Shown one piece after another: positions 57,547 through 64,000 of a DNA stretch of 64,000 nucleotides. The DNA comes from Patescibacteria group bacterium. Lineage in GTDB: Bacteria; Patescibacteriota; Patescibacteriia; JAXHNJ01. The DNA lies in contig JAXHNJ010000002.1 in NCBI GenBank assembly GCA_034520665.1, positions 544,660-608,659 on the forward strand. The letters run 5' to 3'. A program made the translations under genes and the position numbers. The notes under the pieces are model-generated. The model was not told the origin of the DNA. It made no database searches and saw only the letters and a list, made by a program, of their open reading frames with translations. The first letter of the stretch is position 1. Every line of letters begins with the position of its first letter.

Positions 57547-57903
57547 CTATTTATATTTTTTTTGACAACTGATCGCATAAAAAAGAATACCAATTATAAC
57601 AAAAGGAAATCCAGAAATTAAAACCGCAAAAAGATGATTATGTCCGGCCATAAAATAAGCAAAAATAGAATGAATTATACCACCACTAATAAGAATAATA
57701 CTACCAAGCTTTTCTTTTCGCCAAGCAACCATAAAACCAATAGTGGTGATAATTACTAATAAGTTAATAATTAATGATTCGCCGGTGAAACTTTCAAAAT
57801 CAGAGAAAGCATAGCCTAGAGATATTATCAACCAGAAAAGAACTATAATTAAGCCAAGAGTACGGGCTAGCCAACGAATTATTTTAATACTTTTATTATT
57901 CAT
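57547..57903 (-). CDS. Small hypothetical membrane protein (4 TM)
   Basis: 118-aa hydrophobic ORF. Confidence 0.55.
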   Translation of the reverse strand: MNNKSIKIIRWLARTLGLIIVLFWLIISLGYAFSDFESFTGESLIINLLVIITTIGFMVAWRKEKLGSIILISGGIIHSIFAYFMAGHNHLFAVLISGFPFVIIGILFYAISCQKKYK

Positions 57904-58048
57904 ATATTTAGTATAGCAGAAATAAATTTAAAATGGTAAATAATAGTATAAATCTTATTCAGTACCGAGATTATTTTTGATAAAAAATAATAATATAATA
58001 AAAAATAACTTAATTATTAATTAGGTTGCTTTTTTATTTATTAAATAT

Positions 58049-59332
58049 TTATTCGTATCTCAAAGCGTCAATCGGATCGAGCCGGGAAGCGCGAATAGCC
58101 GGAGCCACGCCAAAGAAAATACCGACCAAAGCAGTAAAAGCATAGGCCAAAAGGACTGATTGTAAATTAATCTCTGGGGATAGACCGAATTGGACCTCCA
58201 TAATGCCAGCGCCCAAGAAAGCCAGACCGACTCCAATAGTACCGCCCAAAAAAGTTAGAAACATGGCTTCGACCAAGAATTGGACTAGAATATCACTGCC
58301 GGAAGCACCAATCGCTTTACGTAGTCCTATTTCCCGGGTTCTTTCGGTCACTGAAACCAACATAATATTCATGACGCCAATACCGCCAACCAAAAGCGAA
58401 ATAGCGGCAATACCCCCCAGCATGGCAGTAATCACTCCCAAGACCTGGTCAAACATATCCAAAATTTCTTCCTGAGTGGTAATCGAAAAATCTTCCACTC
58501 CTTCATGAGCTTGCAGTAAGGACTGGCGGATATCTTCTTTGATCGTGTCAACATTGTCCACGTTTTTTACGATCACTACTATCTGGGTAATATTAATGGA
58601 AGCGCTAATTTTTTCCACGGCGGTCATCGGTATAAAAATCATATTAGTCATGTTAGAGTTTCCAAAAAGATCTTCTGATTCAACTGACTCTTGAGCGCCG
58701 ATTATTTCAAAGCTCTCTTTGCCAATGTAAATAGTTTGGCCAATAATATCTTGGACTGATTTGTCTGGGAAAAGATTTTCGGTGGCTCCTGATTGGAGAG
58801 TAGCCACTGATGAGGAGTCATCATATTCTTGCTGGTTAAACATTCGGCCAGCGTGTTCGCCGGTGGCCATCTCTGAATTTTCAAAGGCCTTTTCCAAATC
58901 AGCGGTAGTACCAACAGCAATAACCCGATCTCTGGATTGTTCAATTAAGTTTTGTTCAGAACCGGTGTTAGCTGAGTATTGATTGGCCGGCACTGTTGGT
59001 GGAGTACTGGAAATTGGCAAAGGCACCACTACCATCGGTACCGTGTATTGAATACCTTCAACCTTTTTTATAACTTCTAAGTCTTCTTCAGAAAAAGTGC
59101 CGGAGCTTGACAAGGGCCCGCCGCCAATAGAGCCAGGCATTACCATAAGAAGATTTGAACCTAGGTCTTCTATTTGTCCGGTGACTTCGCTTTTGACTCC
59201 CTGACCGATGCCGATTAGCAAAACAATGGAAAAAACACCAATAATGACCCCGAGCATAGTCAAAAATGAACGGGTCTTTTTGGCCCAAATAGCCTTGATA
59301 GCCAATTTAATATTTTCTAAAAATTTATACAT
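58049..59332 (-). CDS. ABC transporter permease, MacB/FtsX family
   Basis: N-terminal TM, large periplasmic MacB_PCD-like domain and a C-terminal FtsX 3-TM domain. Confidence 0.88.
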   Translation of the reverse strand: MYKFLENIKLAIKAIWAKKTRSFLTMLGVIIGVFSIVLLIGIGQGVKSEVTGQIEDLGSNLLMVMPGSIGGGPLSSSGTFSEEDLEVIKKVEGIQYTVPMVVVPLPISSTPPTVPANQYSANTGSEQNLIEQSRDRVIAVGTTADLEKAFENSEMATGEHAGRMFNQQEYDDSSSVATLQSGATENLFPDKSVQDIIGQTIYIGKESFEIIGAQESVESEDLFGNSNMTNMIFIPMTAVEKISASINITQIVVIVKNVDNVDTIKEDIRQSLLQAHEGVEDFSITTQEEILDMFDQVLGVITAMLGGIAAISLLVGGIGVMNIMLVSVTERTREIGLRKAIGASGSDILVQFLVEAMFLTFLGGTIGVGLAFLGAGIMEVQFGLSPEINLQSVLLAYAFTALVGIFFGVAPAIRASRLDPIDALRYE

Positions 59333-59339
59333 ATATTTA

Positions 59340-60008
59340 TTAGACTATCTGTCCGTCTTTTATTTTAATTATTTTTTGAGCTTGACTAGCAATTTCTTTA
59401 TCATGAGTAACAATTAAAATGGTAGTGCCCTGCTGGTTTAGTTCTTCTAGAATATTCATTATTTGCTGGCCGCTTTTTGAGTCCAAATTACCGGTGGGCT
59501 CATCAGCTAAAATAATAGCCGGATCATTAACTAGAGCGCGGGCAATAGCCACTCGCTGCAGTTCCCCGCCGGATAGCATGTTTGGCTTATGCCTAACCTT
59601 GTCGCCCAAACCGACTTTTTCCATCATTTTTTTAGCCTTAGCTCTTCTTTCCTGGGGTCTGATGCCACGATAAACCAAAGGCAGTTCTACGTTGCTAACA
59701 GCTGGCATGCGGGGAAGGATATTAAAGTTTTGAAAAATAAAACCGATTTTATTACGCCGTATTTTTACTAATTGAGCCTTGCCCAAATTTTCTATTTCCT
59801 TTTCTTCAAATTTATAAACTCCCGAAGTAGGCTTGTCCAGACAGCCGATAATATTCATCAAAGTGGATTTACCAGAACCGGAAACACCCATCACCGCCAG
59901 CATTTCGCCTTTGGCCACTTTTAAAGAAACCCCGTTTAAAGCGGCAAATTGATTGGATTTTCTTTCAAAATATAATTTTTTGATGTTTTCTAGTTCTATT
60001 AAAGACAT
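59340..60008 (-). CDS. ABC transporter ATP-binding protein (MacB/LolD-like)
   Basis: Walker [10 protein letters not shown], signature [15 protein letters not shown] and Walker B ILADEPT. Confidence 0.93.
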   Translation of the reverse strand: MSLIELENIKKLYFERKSNQFAALNGVSLKVAKGEMLAVMGVSGSGKSTLMNIIGCLDKPTSGVYKFEEKEIENLGKAQLVKIRRNKIGFIFQNFNILPRMPAVSNVELPLVYRGIRPQERRAKAKKMMEKVGLGDKVRHKPNMLSGGELQRVAIARALVNDPAIILADEPTGNLDSKSGQQIMNILEELNQQGTTILIVTHDKEIASQAQKIIKIKDGQIV

Positions 60009-60274
60009 TTTTTTTATCTATTATTTGAATATTATAACACAAGATTACCGATAATAACAAATTAATAGTTCTATCTAGATTAGCTAAAAAACATCTCTTT
60101 CTTTTGAGATGTTTTTAATAATAATTTATAGATTAATTTAAATTTTTCTAAATCCTTATTTGATTTTATAATTATTATTTTTTTATTATTGTATTTTTCG
60201 AATAATTTTAATACATTTGTTTTTCTTGTTTTCGGATAATCCCAAAGAATCCATTTAATCATTTGAAAATCTAT

Positions 60275-60395
60275 TTTTTTCTTTTTTTAGCCTTAGCCTC
60301 CAGCATCTTTCTTTTAATCTCCAGCTTTTTTTGTTTTGTGGGATTTAGATTTTTGGCGTCGGCCAACAGGGTGGGCTCAGTTCTTATTTAATTGT
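60275..60395. repeat. 115-bp direct repeat, copy 1
   Basis: TTTTTTCTTTTTTTAGCCTTAGCCTCCAGCATCTTTCTTTTAATCTCCAGC...GGCGTCGGCCAACAGGGTGGGCTC. It is near-identical to 61722-61850. Confidence 0.75.
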
Positions 60396-60430
60396 TTATT
60401 ATATAATTAATCGCTAATATATTTTAATAA

Positions 60431-61153
60431 TTACCAGTTTTTACATTGTCTTTTTAACTCTTTTGTAGCATAAGAATCATCAGGGATTAAATCACATATA
60501 GAACGGTCATTATTGTAAATGGCAACTCTACTATAACATCTTAATACTTCAAAAGTTCTATCAATTTTGTCACAAACACTTATGTCATGTCTTTTCCCGG
60601 CTATACCTGTGTAGCATTCATTTTGAGATGTTTTATTACTTATTGATTGAGATTCTTTAGTTATAAGATTACAAATAGATAAGTCATCTTTTCTTATTGC
60701 AATTCTAATTAAACATTGATTTTTATCCCAATCTACCGTATACGTTGAACAGGAATCAACGTTTTCAGAAGATTCAATAAAAAAACTTCCTAATATAATT
60801 GCAGCGATTATTATTGTAAATGTCCCCACACTTATTTTTACTTTTCTTTTTTTCCCTTCATTATTTAATCTAGCAATGTATCCAATAAAAAAAACCAGCG
60901 CAATATTAATTAAATAGGGTATTATTACCAATAATAAATTTGATATGGGAGAATGTGTTGTGCCAGTAAAAAAAGGAAAAGCATTTGGAATTAAATAAAT
61001 AAATAAAATTCCAGGCATAAGTAATAATATGATGATGCCTGCAAAATAAAAAATTAACCAATTATTTGATATTTCTAATAAGACATATGATAATATGGCT
61101 AAAGCAGTGAAAATTGTTATAAAAATTAACTCAATTTTTCTACCTTTATTCAT
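60431..61153 (-). CDS. Membrane protein with 5 N-terminal TM helices and a C-terminal triple Cys-repeat domain
   Basis: Three repeats of the form C-x8-10-D-(L/I)-S-(I/V)-C-(N/D)-(L/K)-I: NQCLIRIAIRKDDLSICNLI, NECYTGIAGKRHDISVCDKI, LRCYSRVAIYNNDRSICDLI. Confidence 0.6.
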   Translation of the reverse strand: MNKGRKIELIFITIFTALAILSYVLLEISNNWLIFYFAGIIILLLMPGILFIYLIPNAFPFFTGTTHSPISNLLLVIIPYLINIALVFFIGYIARLNNEGKKRKVKISVGTFTIIIAAIILGSFFIESSENVDSCSTYTVDWDKNQCLIRIAIRKDDLSICNLITKESQSISNKTSQNECYTGIAGKRHDISVCDKIDRTFEVLRCYSRVAIYNNDRSICDLIPDDSYATKELKRQCKNW

Positions 61154-61184
61154 ATTTCTATTTTATAATAAAATTACCCATTTT

Positions 61185-61330
61185 GTGAAGATGGTGTCTG
61201 CGAGTGACTAATGCATTCTGTTCTCGTACCGAGGCCTCTACTCCCGCCTGCCTTGCCGATTTGGCGGGCGGCACTTTCCAGATCGATGGCGTCTTAAAAG
61301 TATCCCAATCACTCATATCAGTATATACGC
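61185..61330. ncRNA. GC-rich (about 55%) island with a strong stem, read as a small structured RNA candidate (identity unassigned)
   Basis: CCCGCCTGCC-ttgccgattt-GGCGGGCGG pairing in a 30% GC background. The overlapping short ORFs on both strands look spurious. Confidence 0.3.
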
Positions 61331-61721
61331 AGCTGTTTGTATTAATACTCAAATTACTGTTTATGTTTATATTTGAATTTACGTTTTTATTATTTAAAAT
61401 ATTAACGGTATTTTTATTATTACTTACATTTTTTACGCCCCATCGATTAAAATGCTAATAGTGTAGTAATAAAAATTATGATTGCAGATATAATTACAAT
61501 AGAAATAGATGCCACTATTTTTTTCTTGGTTTTAATAAAAGGGTTTATCTCAAAATCAGAAATTACTGGCTGGTGATAATAATTCTTAATTTTATAAAAA
61601 TAATAGGGAAAAACTTTGATTTTTTTAATTCAAAATATAAACCTGGTAAAAAAGGATGAGCAAATATTGGTTCCTTTTTAACTGTATTTTTTATACCAAA
61701 TATTTTCTGAAGATATTATTT

Positions 61722-61850
61722 TTTTCTTTTTTTAGCCTTAGCCTCCAGCATCTTTCTTTTAATCTCCAGCCTTTTTTTTGTTTTGTGAGATTTAGATTTT
61801 TGGCGTCGGCCAACAGGGTGGGCTCTTTTTCCAGGCATATATTTTATTAA
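61722..61850. repeat. 115-bp direct repeat, copy 2
   Basis: Same sequence as 60275-60395 except for A7 versus A8 homopolymer length and a few substitutions. Confidence 0.75.
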
Positions 61851-62300
61851 TATTAATAGTAATTATAAGTTATTTTATCTGTTTTTCAGAATAAATTCAA
61901 GGGCTAAAAATAAAATAACAGCGGCTATTTATAATTGGTTGTCTGTCTTCTTTTTTTTATTGAATGTTTGAAATAAAGAAGCAAAATAGAATATATCAGG
62001 TGTTTTGATTGAATAAAGAAAATCTTCCAGAAAAATTTTAATATTTAATTTTTAATCTTTGGATTCTCAAATTTATATATGCCTAAAGTGAGTTTATCTC
62101 GGTAGCTGAAGATATTCAAAAAAAATATAATTTTACACTTGACATAAATAACAAATAATGATAGTATTCCTATCAAACAGAAGAGTAAATTTTTTTCAAA
62201 ATTATAAAACTCTTTTGTTTAAAAATATAGTAAGTATATAAATAAAGTCGAATTTTAAAGTTACTATATCAATCTAATTAACTCAACATTATTCTACACA

Positions 62301-62498
62301 ATGCAAGGTACTATCAAGAAATTAACAGATAAGAATTTTGGTTTTATTACCGCGGAAGATCAGGACAAAGATCTTTTCTTCCACGCTAACGAGCTTGAAG
62401 GAGTAGAATTTGATCAACTTCAAGAAGGTGACAATGTCACTTTTGAAGTATCAGATACTCCTAAAGGTCCGGCCGCTGTTAAGGTTAATAAAGCCTAA
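62301..62498 (+). CDS. cspA: Cold-shock protein (CspA family)
   Basis: MQGTIKKLTDKNFGFITAEDQDKDLFFH shows the RNP1/RNP2 motifs of the cold-shock domain. Confidence 0.9.
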   Translation: MQGTIKKLTDKNFGFITAEDQDKDLFFHANELEGVEFDQLQEGDNVTFEVSDTPKGPAAVKVNKA

Positions 62499-62524
62499 AT
62501 AATCCAAAATCTGTAAAAATTAAG

Positions 62525-62552
62525 TACCCGCCCAAACAGGCGGGTATTTATA
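62525..62552 (+). terminator. Rho-independent terminator after csp
   Basis: ACCCGCC-caaaca-GGCGGGT followed by ATTTAT. Confidence 0.6.
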
Positions 62553-62610
62553 TTCAATAATTTTTAAATTAATATAAGTCTATTCTTCTTAAGTTTTGTC
62601 TAAAATTTAC

Positions 62611-63261
62611 TTAATTTTTAATATCCAGTTCTTTTATTTCCAAAATTTTCAAAGAATATCTAGCCATATCGCGTATGTCTTTTCCTCGGTCAATAATCAC
62701 TCCTTTAATAAACAAAGGACTAAGAGAGGAATCTCTTTTTATGTATTCTCTAGGGCGAGTTTCAGGACAATCATAAGAAACAATTTTTTCAATATCGCTA
62801 TTAGGATAATGAACATCTAAGCCTTGAGTGTAGGGATGGACATTTTCTTCTATCATTTTTTTATTTAATAATACATAATAAATTTTAAAACCAGGAGCTT
62901 CAACTATATTGCCGGTGGTTTGTATTTCTTTACCGACATAATTTTCTTCTTCTCCTATAATATCTTCTAAAGCCACATAATTAGAAGTTTTTTCTATACA
63001 CTGACCTTCAGCACAAATACAATTTCTTTTGGGTAAGAAAAAACATTTTACATCATCACATTCTTTTGAATCTTTATGTAAGCAACCGCAACAAGTATTA
63101 ATACAATCTGAATCATTAGAACATTTAAGATCTTGAAAATCTGCATTATTTAAAAAAACATATCCTAAAATAAAAATTACTAAAATAACGGAAATAACGA
63201 CTGCAATTGTTCTCTTTTTCATAAAAACAATAATAAAAAGAGATTTAAATAACTTTCCCAC
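62611..63261 (-). CDS. Cys-rich membrane-anchored/secreted protein, paralog A
   Basis: N-terminal TM then LKCSNDSDCINTCCGCLHKDSKECD, a Cys-rich module shared with the adjacent paralog. Confidence 0.65.
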   Translation of the reverse strand: MGKLFKSLFIIVFMKKRTIAVVISVILVIFILGYVFLNNADFQDLKCSNDSDCINTCCGCLHKDSKECDDVKCFFLPKRNCICAEGQCIEKTSNYVALEDIIGEEENYVGKEIQTTGNIVEAPGFKIYYVLLNKKMIEENVHPYTQGLDVHYPNSDIEKIVSYDCPETRPREYIKRDSSLSPLFIKGVIIDRGKDIRDMARYSLKILEIKELDIKN

Positions 63262-63356
63262 ATAAATTTTTAAAAACTAAAATCTATTTCAATCAACATA
63301 AAAATAGAACAAACACAAAAGAGGATGTGTAGAAAAGGTTTGATGACTTTTTACTT

Positions 63357-63845
63357 TCAATAAACAGTATTCGGAATATACTGGCACTTATTATTTATAC
63401 ATTCTACATATTCAATACTAATTCCAACAAAACAATCAGGAGCACATATTGGACAAATTTCATGATATTCTTGTATTTTTTTCTCAATTTCTGTTGGCTC
63501 TAAATCATCTAAAAGAAGTTCAGAATTTTTATTAACAAGCCAATAACAACCAAAAGGACAATCAATTTTAGAAATTATTCTACAATCCTCTTTTACCTCA
63601 CAATAGTTTTCTTTATCTATTAAATCTAAAATTTCTTGTTCTTGTTCTTGACAATTATATTCTTTTTCTTTTATTTCTTCACAAGAACCATTAATACAAA
63701 TACAATTCCTAGTAACTAAAGCATCACATTCTTTATCACATTCTTTTGAATCTTTATGTAAGCAACCACAACAAGTATTAATACAATCTGAATCATTAGA
63801 ACATTTAAGCTCACTTTCTTGATTATAAAAAAACCACGTTTTCAC
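63357..63845 (-). CDS. Cys-rich protein, paralog B. The reading frame stays open upstream to the window edge, so the true N-terminus may lie beyond 64000.
   Basis: It carries the identical LKCSNDSDCINTCCGCLHKDSKECD module plus more CxxC pairs (CPICAPDC, CINNKC). It starts at GTG (63845) in the track. The frame has no stop up to position 64000. Confidence 0.55.
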   Translation of the reverse strand: MKTWFFYNQESELKCSNDSDCINTCCGCLHKDSKECDKECDALVTRNCICINGSCEEIKEKEYNCQEQEQEILDLIDKENYCEVKEDCRIISKIDCPFGCYWLVNKNSELLLDDLEPTEIEKKIQEYHEICPICAPDCFVGISIEYVECINNKCQYIPNTVY

Positions 63846-64000
63846 TAGAGTGTTAAAATCTTGCTGATAATCATTAAATTTCTCTGGCCGGGCGTTTAAC
63901 CATAACCGGTATAATTTTTTATTATAAATGAAATGAATTAGAATATCATTATTATTACTGCTGTCTTTTATTATTTGTTTTAAGGCTCTTTGTCCGTCAA

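Noticed and set aside
60080-60262. 60-aa minus-strand ORF (MIKWILWDYPKTRK...)
   Set aside because: A Lys/Ile-rich low-complexity product directly abutting the 115-bp repeat. It may be a displaced fragment of the repeat-encoded peptide rather than an independent gene. It is left uncalled.
61158-61458. Overlapping ORFs 61158-61352 (-) and 61204-61458 (+)
   Set aside because: They are mutually overlapping frames across a GC-rich island. Such frames stay open by chance in GC-rich sequence. An RNA or a foreign fragment is the more likely explanation.
1-64000. Alternative genetic code (UGA=Gly, code 25)
   Set aside because: Long housekeeping ORFs are intact under the standard code. The single in-frame TGA seen in the transposase-like remnant at 57285 is better explained by pseudogenisation or foreign origin.

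Overview
This is an AT-rich (about 30-35% GC), gene-dense bacterial window. Its gene content points to a reduced-genome, probably Patescibacteria/CPR-like organism: an archaeal-type class I fructose-bisphosphate aldolase, PilT, a GT39 mannosyltransferase, many small hypothetical genes, frequent gene overlaps and few strong Shine-Dalgarno sites. The standard genetic code applies, because long ORFs are intact.

From left to right the window contains:
- An RNA-gene-rich left edge: tRNA-Ala(CGC) with an extra 5' half copy upstream, tRNA-Arg(CCT), and GC-rich hairpin clusters.
- A 1091-aa surface protein (FN3/Ig-like repeats, LysM), then a bactofilin, lipid-kinase-like and MBL-hydrolase gene group.
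- The conserved operons infB-rbfA-nrnA, clpP, rny-ymdB and hup.
- A 640-nt hairpin-rich non-coding stretch, followed by an accessory island holding small hypothetical genes, an RNase HI with a C-terminal extension, an RNHCP zinc-ribbon protein and an AbiEi/AbiEii type IV toxin-antitoxin pair.
- tRNA-Lys(CTT) and tRNA-Arg(TCG) flanking an unassigned structured RNA candidate.
- A cNMP/GAF regulator next to pilT, a GT39 glycosyltransferase and a YibE/F membrane protein.
- An array of perfect GC hairpins plus a 70-nt tandem repeat, upstream of a thioredoxin-CcdA fusion and a DUF134 / DUF5320 / NifX-like / permease cluster.
- lgt, a CoADR-like oxidoreductase and the class I aldolase.
- A dtxR-feoA-feoB-ZIP metal homeostasis operon.
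- An ECF sigma/anti-sigma pair, purN, an EamA transporter and a sulfotransferase.
- A 905-aa surface protein with a nucleotide-identical 411-bp tandem duplication.
- MFS and MacB-like ABC transporter genes.
- A 1.45-kb segment flanked by 115-bp direct repeats, cspA, and tandem Cys-rich paralogs.

The most unusual signals are several unassigned structured-RNA candidates, repeated promoter or intergenic elements, a transposase remnant, and the repeat-flanked and paralogous loci near the right end.
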